A stretch of 62,000 nucleotides of DNA from Vicugna vicugna (taxonomy: Eukaryota). A program made the translations under genes and the position numbers. The notes under the pieces were generated by a model. The model was not told the DNA's origin and did not search any database. It worked only from the letters and a program-made list of their open reading frames with translations. This document shows positions 14,201-27,500 of this stretch, piece by piece. The stretch lies in the NCBI GenBank assembly GCA_013265495.1, contig MU058065.1:3201003-3263002 (forward strand). The letters are read 5' to 3'. Within the stretch, counting starts at the first letter, position 1, and every line of letters begins with the position of its first letter.

Positions 14201-16051
14201 TGGCTTCTAATGGCACAGTCCATCAAACTTCCAGGTCAGTGCCGCGAGCTTTCACGGACAGACGGTGAAATTTCGCTCTCTTAGGGCCAGGATCGGAACA
14301 CACGCAACACACAGATTCTGCTACCGAGGAACTCATCATACCATACGTTATTTATGGATTAAGATAAACTTTCTTCTTCTCACGTAAGATATTAAGTGTC
14401 AGTTTCCTTGTTTTATTGTAGTTGCTAAGACATTACCATTGGGGCAAACTGGGTGAAGAGTACACCAGACCTCTTTGTACTTCTTTTTAAACTTACTGTG
14501 AATCTATAATTATTTCAAAATAAAACAATAATAAAAAAGATTAAAAAACCACTAAGCTGAAGATGTTTGGAAAGGATTAATTAAAATAAGTAAAATATAA
14601 GGCATTAGAGAAACCTCTTTGTTTTAAGTAGAAAGAATTGCTTCTGAGTTTGCCATCCTGGCGAAACTGGAGCAACTAGTTGCTTATTTCGAAGTTGCTT
14701 TGTTTTTCTCCTTTAAAAAGATATACAAATTCGACCTCAAGGATCTCTCCCAGCCCCACAAATTGACATTATTTGTGTCTTAGTGGGGTTAAAAAGTTAG
14801 TTATATATGAGAACTTAGTTACAAAATACATGTTATTATATATATTAAAATATATATGAGATATTCATTTATATATATATGAGAAATAGCAACCTAGGGC
14901 TATCGGAAAAAACCAACCAATCAACAAATCCCATCAACATTGTCTCTTGTTTCAGAGGAAAAGGAGGCAGAGATCAAGCACCCCAAACTTGTTTTCAGAT
15001 TTATTGTGAATTTGGCCGTCTGCTCCAGTGAGGCAGTTTGGAAAAGATGAGAAGTGACAGAAGTAAGGGCAGTGAATCTAGATTCCACCCCCTGTGCTTC
15101 CCACGACAAAAATGTACCTTCTACTAAAAGTAGGGGGTTTACTTTTAACCCTACGCACACAATAAAGGCTCACCCATCATCCCTGAAGGCTACAGACTTT
15201 GCTTGTGTTCACATTCATGGTGAAGGGTTTGTCATACAGCATCCCTTGCCCTGGTCCCCCCAAAGCCAAGCAAAACTGGCTGGCTTTCACAAGCACTGAA
15301 GCCTTCACTGTGAGTGTAACAGACCTCACTGGGTAGAGACAATTTCAGTACTTCTAACAGCCAGACAAAGGAAATGGCTCAGCCTGCACCTGGTGTGCAG
15401 AGGAAACAGGAGAAAGAAATGTCCAAATCAGGTAATACAAAGGCACATTTTCTTAAGGCAATAGGCCCAGTTTCTCTCCCAGGGTTCTGGGGTGATTTTT
15501 GCCATTATTGCTACTACTTTGTTTTGCTGTTTAAATTCTGGGTGCAGTTATATATTAGATGAGAATCTTTATAATAGGGACGATCTCCATCAAACCAGAC
15601 TAGCGAATATAACACACGGTTCATGTTTGTATGATAGCCAAACTTCCTGTCAAAAATTCATTTGCAATCTGTAGGACAGTATGGAACTTACAACTCTGCT
15701 TTGCTTTGAGTTTATGAAAGGAAGGCTGGCCTGGCTGGAGGAAGACTTCTGAAGGAAACCTTAAGAAAGGAAGGGCTAAAACTCCCTAACAGGTATCTAA
15801 AAGTAAGATTTTATGTATGCCAAAAATAAAAGTGGTTGATGGCTAGATTTTTTTAATGGCAAAATTCTAGATAAATTTGTCAAAGCAGAATGTTTGTCAT
15901 TTTTCAAGGCCTCTGCTTTACCAGCCGTGGGCTTTAATGCTTCCTAGACAATCCAGTGGAGGTTGGTGGTCCACTTGGCCCCCTCACCACTGAGTGTGAG
16001 ATTAAAATTCATCCCCTTGTGAAACAGCAAAGGACTGTGTCATGGTATTTT

Positions 16052-16541
16052 TTTTTACATTTTTTTATTGATTCATAATCATTTTACAGTGTTGTGTCAA
16101 ATTCCAGTGTTCAGCACAATTTTTCAGTCATTCATGGACATATACACACTCATTGTCACATTTTTTTTCTCTGTGATTTATCATAACATTTTGTGTATAT
16201 TTCCCTGTGCTATACAGTGTAATCTTGTTTATCTATTCTACAATTTTGAAATCCCAGTCTATCCCTTCCCACCCTCTACCCTCCCCACCCCCGGTAACCA
16301 CAAGTCTGTATTCTCTGTCCGTGAGTCTATTTCTGTCCTGTATTTATGCTTTGATTTTGTTTTTTAGATTCCACATATGAGTGATCTCATATGGTATTTT
16401 TCTTTCTCTTTCTGCCTTACTTCACTTAGAATGACATTCTCTAGGAGCATCCATGTTGCTGCAAATGGCATTATGTTGTCGGTTTTTATGGCTGAGTAGT
16501 ATTCCATTGTATAAATATACCACCTCTTCTTTATCCAGTCA
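16052..16541 (-). mobile_element. Young 5'-truncated L1 with TSD
   Basis: [25 protein letters not shown] peptide; perfect 16-bp TSD TGTGTCATGGTATTTT (16036-16051 / 16542-16557). Confidence 0.92.
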
Positions 16542-17086
16542 TGTGTCATGGTATTTTAATAAACTTCTCCAAAGGAGCGAAATTCTTGGGTTTTATAGTG
16601 ACTTAAAGGCCTTTAGTTGTGGTTGTTTGAGCCTCAGGGCTTTCTTCTGAAAGCCTGTCCCCTGACCAGCTAGGGTGTAATTTTATGTAAATGGTGCTCT
16701 TTTTCCATTGTTTGGTATTGAGCAGGATCAAAAAGGATTTACAGTCAAATGATCCACATCTATTAAAATAGGCTGTGTCCCACTTCCTGCTTTGACCAAA
16801 AAAAAAGCAAAAAATACGATTTAATTTTAAGGCCAGGTCAATGGACTCCTGGCCTGTCTGAAGTCAAAGGGATGCTGGCCAAAAGGCCTCATGGAGAAAA
16901 ACTGAGAAGGTTCAAGTTTTTTGTCTGTGAAATGCTTTTCTACTCAAGGCATCCCCCAGCCTGACTTTGTTTTGCTGCTGCTAAACCCAATCCAGGCTCT
17001 AGCTCAGGGCCTGATGTTTTAAAAATCAGGGGCTTTAACACATATTACCAAAAAGTTAGACCAACTCAGTGAAGCTGCCCCCAAAT

Positions 17087-17271
17087 AATGAGAGCGGAGG
17101 ACATAGAGAAGAAATACGTAGCATCATTTGGAAACTAGACAATCTTCTTACTTACTGAATAATTACTTAACACTTAGTGGCTAATTCTCAGAAACCTCCT
17201 ACTGACTTGCTCCTTACAAACCAGCCTGCAGTATTGTCAATCACTGGCACGGGACACTCAGACGTAGCACA
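17087..17271 (+). repeat. 185-bp direct repeat, copy 1 (downstream of MOGAT1 stop)
   Basis: Identical by eye to 18613-18797; not a recognisable transposon. Confidence 0.93.
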
Positions 17272-18411
17272 TCATCTCCTTCCGAAAGAGGGTCTTTTCC
17301 TGTAATAGGTTTCATCCTAGGATATAGCTTTAAAAATTCCTCACCTTTACAGCCAAGTTTACATTCACAGAACAAGTACTTACTTCATCCCTGCTAAGTG
17401 CTATGAGCCGATACTTCATGACTGCTAAGTGTCACGAGCTGACCCAGGCCCGAGAAGACAGCGGTGAACAGGAAGAAAGAGGCTCCCACCTGACATTCTG
17501 CTTTGGGGAGTCTCACATACCCCGAGTCACCTGTGAACTGGACACATCCCCCAGACAGAGCACTTGCTTTGAGCTCATCTTACTCGAAGAGGCCATATGG
17601 GAAAAAAAAAAATTAAAACCATTTCCATGACCATGAAAACCTTTTGGAATCTCAGTGTCTTAAAACGCATCAAAAGCACGTCTTCCAAAAGGCTTCCTTG
17701 TCTGTAGCAAATGAACATCTTTCTAAGCAAATGACAAGGATGAATATTTCTAAGCCTGATAGACCAGAGAAGGCATGCTCTTCTCCGTATGGGTTTCCAT
17801 GTGGTAGATTCATCCTATTTCCGAAACGGCATAAAAATTCTGCAGTAATGTATAAACATGTGTTGGCTGATACGACCTGAAAGATCAAATTGTCGAAGTC
17901 TTACAAGTAACAATGATTCACTAACAAAGGGTCTGTTTAAGCAGGAAAAAAAAAAGAGAAGAAACCATCTCCTCTTGTCCAGTATGGCAAATTATTTCAC
18001 ACATTCTCTTTTAAATGTTCCAGCTGTGACTAAGAACAGCTGTTATACTCAGTGAAAACACCACATTAAATTATTGTCATGTTTAGTAAAAGGGTCTAAT
18101 CATTTTTTGAAGCTGTCATTTTTTTAAGCACATGAATAATTCTAAATCTTTCCTTAACTTATAAAATAATGTTTACCTTTCTAAATGAGGAAGATTAGTA
18201 AAAGGCTTATAATCATCTCCAAGCTTAACCTAGAGTCACCCACTGGATTTTCAGTGACCACAGGGAAACATCGACGTTTGTCAACATAAATAATACTTTT
18301 CAGTTGTAAACTTGATTCCATAGCCAAATTTTTAAAAATTAACTTGTTGAAAATATCCAGTCTTTCAATGGGATGTCCCCTCATCCTTCTGTATACCTTC
18401 AAAGAGGACAG

Positions 18412-18566
18412 TTACCTAAAAACGAGAGTTTCATGTTCTGGAATACCATACTTCCCTTTGTGTTCTTCAAATAATTTCCTCAGCTCCTCCATGTAGGTCT
18501 TATGCAACTCCTCAATCTGCTCTGGGCTGGGGTGCGGGGTCTGACGAACAGGAATTGGGCGGCCAA
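18412..18566 (-). CDS. MOGAT1: MOGAT1 terminal exon 6 (155 coding nt)
   Basis: Acceptor [66 protein letters not shown] at 18414-18412. Confidence 0.96.
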
Positions 18567-21501
18567 CTGCCGAAAACGGAGAACACATCATACATAAGAA
18601 ACCAAAACCAAAAATGAGAGCGGAGGACATAGAGAAGAAATACGTAGCATCATTTGGAAACTAGACAATCTTCTTACTTACTGAATAATTACTTAACACT
18701 TAGTGGCTAATTCTCAGAAACCTCCTACTGACTTGCTCCTTACAAACCAGCCTGCAGTATTGTCAATCACTGGCACGGGACACTCAGACGTAGCACAGTA
18801 GACGTACTACTGCCTCAGATGGACAGCCCTTAGAAAGTTCTGCCAATCTGAATCCAACAGGCCCGTCGGCTCCAAACCCTGTCTCATTTTACTGGCTGCC
18901 TGTAGTGGTCCCACCATCCTTTTTGCTAACAAATGAAGAGCGTCCCTTCTCAGCAGATGCTGGATTGTCAGGACCCTGGTGATTCTGACTTGTGGAGTCA
19001 AATGAACTACTGCGCTAACTGCAGCTGTGAGGTGGGAGGATATCTCTGTGTGTGCACCTCACCAGCAGATTCCCTCGGGTGCAGCTGACAGCCGGCCCAC
19101 AGTGCCCTATGATGCCTGCCCGGGAAATCTTGAATCATGAGACATCAACCCTCTATTTGGACTCTTTTTAATATCACCCTAAAAAATGAAAAGAAATACA
19201 TATCCTCACTGCTAAGTATCTAGACCAAAAAAACACACGTAATCACAAGGATTCTTTTGCTTGTAACAGTAGAAAACAAAACCAAACCAAAGTCTCAATA
19301 GAAAAATTATTAAATAAGCCACAGACCATTCATTCAATGGAATCTTATGCAGCAATTTTTAAAAAAAAAAACTGAAATAGTACTTTTGTAACTATGTATG
19401 GTGACAGATGTTAAATAGGCTTACTGTGGTGATCATTTTGCAATATACACGAATATCAAATCATTATTTTGTGCACTTGAAACTAACATGTTATATGCAA
19501 TTATATCCCAATTAAAAGAATGAAACATATCTGTATGTACATACACACCCAGAGATGTCTAAATGTATTAGGTTTGGGAGTTTGAGATTTTCAAATCTTA
19601 ACCATTATATATAAAAATAGATAAAAAATAAATTTCTTCTGTATAGCACAGAAAACTATATTCAGTATCTTATAATAACCTTTAATGAAAAAGAATATGA
19701 AAACGAATATATGTCTGTATATGCATGACTGGGACATTGTGCTGTACACCTGAAATTGACACATTGTAACTGACTGTACTTCAACTGAAAAAAATTAGAA
19801 AATAATAAAATGTATTAGGCAGGAAAAATTATAAAATAATATGTATGATCCTATTTACTTAAAAATTTTTCTATTTCTGGGTACATTATAAGCTTTAGTG
19901 TGTTTAAGAAAATCAGCCAAGAGAGACTTTTCATGATTACTTGGAGAGAGGGAGGTAGAGTTGAGGGAAATTGCATTTATTTTATTGGCATTGTATGAAT
20001 TTTCTACAACGAGAATGCATTTGTGTCACCTGTGTTATTAAAAATGAACTAACTCATTTTTAAAAACCTGGCAACTTTCACGTGTGTTTTAAGGCATTTA
20101 TGTAGCAAATAACTTTTACCTCACTTGTCTCAGATTTTTAGACTAGACACACGTGGCTCTGGCCTGCTCTCCTGGGTCCTCACTGCTACTCATTGCGCCC
20201 TCTGCTGGTCTGATGCTGCTACTGATGGCAAGAGTTGAAAACGTACAGACGTTCAACTACTCCTTGGACAGCAGACTGCTTCTTACCTTTGATTAGCTTG
20301 GCCGCGAGGTCAAGTGGGGCTGTAAGTAACGGAATGGTACTCTCAAGGTTTCCTTTGCCTACCCCGAGTCTCTCCATGCTACCTCTAAGGCTCAACTGAT
20401 GTCAGTAACAAAAGGTGGTTAGTCACGAGGACACCAGAGAAAGAAGGAAGTGATAAATGACAACAGCATGGGAGGTAAGGGAACACAGAAAAGGGAGTCA
20501 TATACACACACAAACATATATATTACAATGTATTGTATATTAAGAACATATCTATCTATACTTATACACAACATTATACATAATCCATGTATCTATGTAT
20601 AGATACATATATCTCCTTACTGAAATATTCTCAAATTGCTAAGTTTTTAACCACAATAGCCTCAAGAAACTCATGTACAACCAGAAATTGACACACTGTG
20701 ACTGCACTTCAATTAAAAAAAAAAGAAGCTCATGTAGGTTTCCTTTGACAGCTTGGATGTCAAACTTATGTACAGCATCCATGAGTCCTTTGTAGTTCAC
20801 CATAACCATCTCGCTGTCAGCTGTGGTTGAAATACAGACTAGGAGGGGCTAATAGGGTGGAGTGGAATTGGGGGCTGGTGTCACGCAAGAAGCACTAGGC
20901 TGGAGCAGACCCAGTGCGAGTTCACCACGAGGTACACTGAGCTAATAAGTAATGGCCCCTCTGGCCTTAACTTCCACAGGTACAGGATAAAAGAGTAGGT
21001 GATCTTAAAGCTTCCTTCCAGCTCTGAACTTCGTTGTTGTTTGCGGGGAAAAAAAACTGAGAAATTTATGTGCAAACTGAAAAAATCTACCTTTAAATCT
21101 ACTAGCAAAATCATGGTTTTATAGAAAGAGCTTCTGTTTTCTTAGTGAGATGATCCCAAGGAGATAGATCACGTGCAGCTATCCTGGGTGGCGGGGGAGC
21201 TTATAAAGAGACACAGTGGTCTGAGAAGATGATGTTGTTCCCAGCTCACTTCAGTTAGGACTTGTGAATTCTGAATTATTGAACCTTGTTTCCTGTGAGC
21301 TACCCTGCAATTAATTTCAATCCTGTCCTTTTCCTAGTAATGGTTTTATCATATGCCAGATAGTTCTTCCACAGAGTCCAGACACACCCATATACTGAAT
21401 TCATCATCATAAGACTTCCGTGTAAACTGTGAGACAGTCATATTTGTCTTTCTTTTATTTATGTGGAGAGAAACTGAGATGCTGGATGTTCCTAAACTAT
21501 A

Positions 21502-21541
<40 letters not shown>

Positions 21542-24500
21542 AAATTAAATATTTGAACTCAGAACTCCTGCCCCTTGTTACTAACCTAACCCAAAATTGG
21601 ATTAGAGAGGAAGAAACCTTTCTCAATTACTTTTAAGGGATAAAGACAGAGATAACAAAACAAAAACTTGCAAATCTGAGAAGGGTCCCCAGAGCCTTAG
21701 ACGACCAGAATTCCCTCTTCCCACAAAAAGGGAGATTTTTTTCCTACTAAGCAGAAGAAAGCTGTTTTCATCATAAGACTACATTAGTTGCAAACTGCTG
21801 CACGGATCCCTTTTTACAACACAAAGGGAAAAACAGCTGTGCCAGGCTGCTGTTGGACACAGAACTCCTTGCCCTGGAAAAGTCAGCTAACTTCTACCTG
21901 TGGCAGAGTCAGGAATCTTAGCTCTTGTTTGTATCTCAGTGCTTTTTACAGCAGTTGTGCTCCTTTTTTCCCTTTTCCAATTCCACCCAACATTTCGAGA
22001 TCAGTTATGCCTTTATGGCCTCCCACAGCAGCCTTGCTCTAATTTCCATGCTGCTCTGTTGTCTTTACCTAAGATGAGGAACATTTACAGCTGGAGAAGA
22101 GCTCGGAGATGGGCACGATTTCCTTCTCATTGAGGCAAGGAGTAGATCTTTCACCATAAGAAGACTTTGTTCTATTTTTTTTTTGTAATTATGAAAATTC
22201 TGCAGAGTTTTTCTCTATAATGGTCTCATGCAGGAATTAGTCTTTCTGTAGCTGTGACAGAGCTGTACGCCAGAGAAACTAGGCAGATTGCTGTGTGGAG
22301 TGGGGTTGGGAAGAGTCAAAACCTAGGTTCAAGCACAACCTCTGGCTTATGGTGGAGTCTCAGAAGATGCCCAGTGTAAACAGGTGTGTGGGTATGTATA
22401 CGTACGCGTGCGCACACACACAGACACACAGTCTCATGAACATTTAATAAATACTTAAGATGTTGTACTGGGCACCATATTAACCCCCTTAGCATTATCA
22501 TCTCCTTTAATCCCTCCTTTACAATTCAAATTTAAGTTGGGTTCCCCTTCCTTTCTGTTTCAGAAAATCCCTTAGCCTGCTTTTTCCCCAGCAGGATGAA
22601 ATGACTTGAGACAAAATGGACTGCTTATGTCCCCCAGTGCCTCCAAACCAGTTTTATTACACATTACTTTCCCTATCTTTTTTCATTTAAAAAACCCAAA
22701 CCTATAGCAAAAATAATGCAATAAGCACTTGCATGCCCTTCCTGTCTAGATTCGCCAGTTTTAAACGTTTTGCACATACATGAAATGTGCATGTGGATAT
22801 CCACATGTAGTATATTTTTATAGAACCGTTTGAGAGTAAGTTATAGACATCATTGATTCGATCCTGTTATATCCCTAAATAGTTTGGAATGTGTATCTAA
22901 GAACAAGAACACTGCCATATATATAACCCCACCACCATCATAGCCAAGGAATTTAAACTCTGCACAACTGTACTTTGTACTTGATCCACATTCAAACTCG
23001 ATTCGTAGTCTGCATCACGTCCTTTATGGTTGTTCCCCTCCAGTCCATCACAGCCGCTGGGAGCTCTCTCTGAGCACTGTCTCTCTCTCCTTTTGGTCTT
23101 TAACGACATTGATATTTTTGAAGTCTAAGCCAGTTGTTTTGTAAGCTGAACCACAACCTGAATTTGTCAGATTATTTCCTCATGATTTGATTCAGAGAAA
23201 CATTTTGGCAGGAATACTTCCACAGGGGAATCAAAGCACAGTTTGGCAGCTCCCAGCATGATGGTCAAGAAGCCTTCTTCTGCTCTGAATACCAGCCCAC
23301 AGTCGCCAACCTCCCGGGGTGAACAGACAGCCTTCCCACGTGTCATGTCATCTAATCCCCAGAATAACCCTAAGAGAAGACAGGACAATTAGGATAGTCT
23401 CCTCTAGAAGCTGTAAAATCTGAGGCTCAGACAAGGTGAATGAGACATTCTAAGTCACTCCAAGTCTGACCTCAAACCCACACCATGTCCTTCTGTACCT
23501 TTGGCTGATGCGTAATAAACGCCTTCTTAATGTCAGTATCGATGTCTGTGTGTGGCTGGTACCTGAGCGTTCATTGCAGCCATCACACTGGGTGTACAGA
23601 TGGAAAGAACCAATTTATTAATGGCGTTGTTTGCATTTTTTCAATGTTGCCATAAGAATGAAAATGAAATAAACCACATCCATAATCAGAAGACAGGCTC
23701 AGGAGAAAGTCAGCGGAAGTTTTGAGGCTGGAAAACACGCGATTGGAGCCCTTTCTGTGCCACAGGCAAACACAGCTGATAAGACTGTCTGGGTGTCCAT
23801 AATTCAAATAATCAAGCCCTGGGAGGAGAGAAAGCTCTTCCGTATGGTAAGTGCCAAGGAATTAAGATAGAAGGAATACTAGAGTTAGAAAATCACCAGT
23901 TTGCAACCATGCCCATGATAACTGATGCAAGGGAGAATTATCAATGGATAGTAAAACCATCAAGTAAAGTTTGATGAAGAAAAGGATAATTACAGAAGTC
24001 TCTAAGTTACACTACCCCCAGGTTACTTGTTAATGTAAAGGGGAAAAAAGCTTTATGTTTATAAATATTAAAAAAAACAAATAAAGATTTATAAGGATAA
24101 ATCTATAAATTTACCTTTAAAGTAGAGGACAAACACTTTACCCAAGTGATCAAAGTTAGTATCACCAACAACGAGACAAACTGACATCAAGTGCCTCCCG
24201 ATGTTATTTACTGAGGACACAATACCATTTCTGTGGGACTCTTGCCAAATGCATAACTGGAAATATAACCATGAGGAAACACACCAACCCAGCTTGAGAA
24301 ACGTTCTGCAAAACAGCTGACCTATACTCTTCAAAAGTGCTCACGCCATAAAGACAAAGAAAAGTTGAAAAACAATCCCAGCTTAAAGTAGGCTAAGGAA
24401 ATGTGAAAATTACATGCAAGCATGATCCTGCTTAGGGAAAAAATACCCACTCCCCTCCCCGACAAAGAAAACCCCAGAGCTAAAAAGGAAGTTACCGCAG

Positions 24501-27500
24501 CAGTTGGTGAAATTGGACTATGGAGTGTACACTAGTCAGCAGCGCTTTATCGATGTTAAATTTCCTGCATTGTACTGACATTATGCAAGAGAGTAATCTT
24601 GTTCTTAAGAGATGTATGTAAAAGTATTAGGAACAGAGGGGAGCGTATAGCTCAGTGGTACAGTGTGTGCTTAGCAGGCACGAGGTCCTGGGTTCAATCC
24701 CCAGCACCTCCGTTAAAATAAACAAACCGACCGACCTAATTACCACCCACCCCTCAAAAAGTAATTAGAAGCAAATGATCATGATGTCTGCACTTAAACA
24801 GTTCTGTGATACCAATAATAGAAAGCATATTTGTGGTACCGTTAGAAATAAAAACTGTAGCAAAAATGTTAACCACGGGTGAGTCTAGGAAGAACACACA
24901 CAAGTGCTCAATTTACTCCTCGTGAAACTTTTCTGAACATTTGAAATTTTTCAACATAACATTTCAAAACTTAAAATCAACACACACTATGACACATGAA
25001 ATTTCCTCTTTTAACTAGCGAGCTTCCTTTGTGTCTTGCTTTCTTGTCCAGACAGCATTCTGTCCTAGCACCTGTACTGGCCCTATGACTTGAACTTAAT
25101 GGTAATTGATCTTAAAATGCTTAATGTGTACTCTGATTTCCGGAGACTTAAGAGTTGCAGTCAGACAAGCCTAGCTCAAGACTAGTTCACTTATTCACAA
25201 ATTTGTCTTGGGCTCCTACCCTGTGGGCGCTGGGAGTACAGTGCCCACCTGGAGCTCTGTGACGCAGGAAGAAAAAAGGCAACAAGTTCTTCTAAGGAAC
25301 CGTGACTCTTTACACGCTGTTCTTAAAGTCTAAATTCATTTCCATTTTCTCTCTCTGTTGTCATGATGGATGTGACACTGAAATCAGTTTCTCTCCATTC
25401 TTACATGATAAAATACAATATGTATGAACACTTTATTGCACTTTGATAAACTAATAATAACACTGATAAAATATGTAAATTACATACTATTAGTGACACA
25501 TGTAAGAAAATACATGGTAGCTTCCTCATAAATTACGTCCATCGAGAAGGGCCCTCAGCAAAAAGGAAAGAGAGTTTTATGGAGGGCTCAGAGAAACCTG
25601 ATGGTTTAGTAAAGGTGGGCCCAAGAAATATGAAGAGAGGGCAAGTCTGACCTGATGATGGCTCTTTGGAGTTAGCCAGAGCACCTTTTAAAGGGATTTT
25701 GATTAATAGGACATTAACAGGCAAAACCATTATGATGTTAGTGAATCTTACAGAACCTTACTAACACTGAAAGGAATGTTCTGGTTGAAGTTGCTAATAA
25801 AGTGGGGTCTGAGAGCATATGGGGAAACTATAGGATGGAGGATCAGAGCATCTCTGGATACCTGAGATTGAGAGGATTATAGATGAAGTACTGACTCGGG
25901 ATGAACTCAACTAATATTTAGTGAGTTCTTGTGATGCGAGGTAAACAAACTCTTAATTAAGTAGAAGGGGACCAGGAGGACCACAAAACGACTTGCTGCT
26001 CTGGATGCTGCCTGAGGTCTGCATAATCATATCTCAGAATTTTCCTCATATCCCCCCAAATGCTAACTACAGTCGTTTGCACATAAGGGATCAAAAACGA
26101 CTAATAAATATTATGCCAAAGAAACGTAACTGCTTCTCCTGAAAACCACAATTGCAAATAGATCTCAGTATTCCTATTACACTGATATGTCAATGGTTTG
26201 TTCACAGTCCCTTGGAGTCAAATACAGCATTTAAAAATAATGTCATGTGACTGCCTATGACATGCAAAGCTCTTGTAAACTGACAGTAGTAAAATCCCAT
26301 TCTAATAAAATAGACCTAAAAAAAATTTGAATTTCATTTAATGGGCTATTCAAGGTGAAATTATCACTGCCAGTTTCACATGAAGTATACAGTTTTGGTT
26401 AATTTTGCTACTAGCAACTGGCTTATCACTTTCTCCTTTTCTGCTCTCCGATCTCCTTTTCAGCCTCAGAAGCTAATTACTTTCCTCCTCTGTCTTCTAT
26501 TAATATGGTCACCACCCTCCTTCCGCATCTTAATGCCTCCCAACCATGCAATTTTTAAAGATGAAATCAGTCTGTGTAGAATACATATAAATATAACTAG
26601 TTGGAAAAAAATGTTTTTGCTGTAGAAACTGATGTCTGTATGAACTGAACATGATGAAGACATCTATTATACAGAAATGCCCGCATATTAATAGACTCCG
26701 ATGTAACATGTTCTAAGAATTGCTATGTTGTAATTTGTTGGTACAGAGAAATAGATTCATCATAGAGCATTAGAAACTCTATTTCTAAAATTGGATTCTA
26801 TTTCTAGTTCAAAGGTAATATTCTTGAAAGCAATCAATTCCCATTCAAATGGAAAATAGAGTCATTTCACAGATAAAAGGCATACTGTAAATGGAGCTCA
26901 AATAGCACCTACAGGATTATTGTTTTAGGAAGTTCTTACTCAAAGCTACTTTAGTAACAATAAACATTGCTACAAGTAAGGGAATCCTTTTGCTCAGTCT
27001 AACAAGCCTCTGGTCTTTGATGCACATACCAACAGAGCGAATGGGCTTCCTGTAGGGCATTAGGCCAAAATTGTATTGAAAAATTCCTCTAGCGTGGAAC
27101 AGTGGCAAAGCAAATCCCATGATCTTCTGTAGTTTCCCCTGCACAGTTCGAAGCCAGGAGCCTTCAGGGTTGCTAACTTGTTTAAATAGTTCATTTTCAC
27201 CAAAAGAAAACACTGGCACCAGATAAGCACTGCAAATAACAGGGGAGAAGAATAAGAATATTCAATGAAAAGAATTTAAATAGTTCATTCAGTCCAACTG
27301 ACTGTTGCAATACATTCTTAACAATTCTTTTAATGTTTCCAAGCTGCCCTACCTCACTTAGCTCATGTTCCATACACTGAAACTGACTTATACCTGAACT
27401 CCTTGGGCCGGGGAGAGGGACTTCAGCGATCTTAGTGATCTGTAGAATTTCAGTCTATAGAAAACCCAGGTTCCAGGAAGCTTCTTTTTCATCTGTGGTT

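Noticed and set aside
24638..24712. tRNA-Ala-like genes (also at ~31140, ~33220, ~42500)
   Set aside because: Degenerate stems, AT-rich tails and TSDs mark them as SINEs, not tRNA genes.
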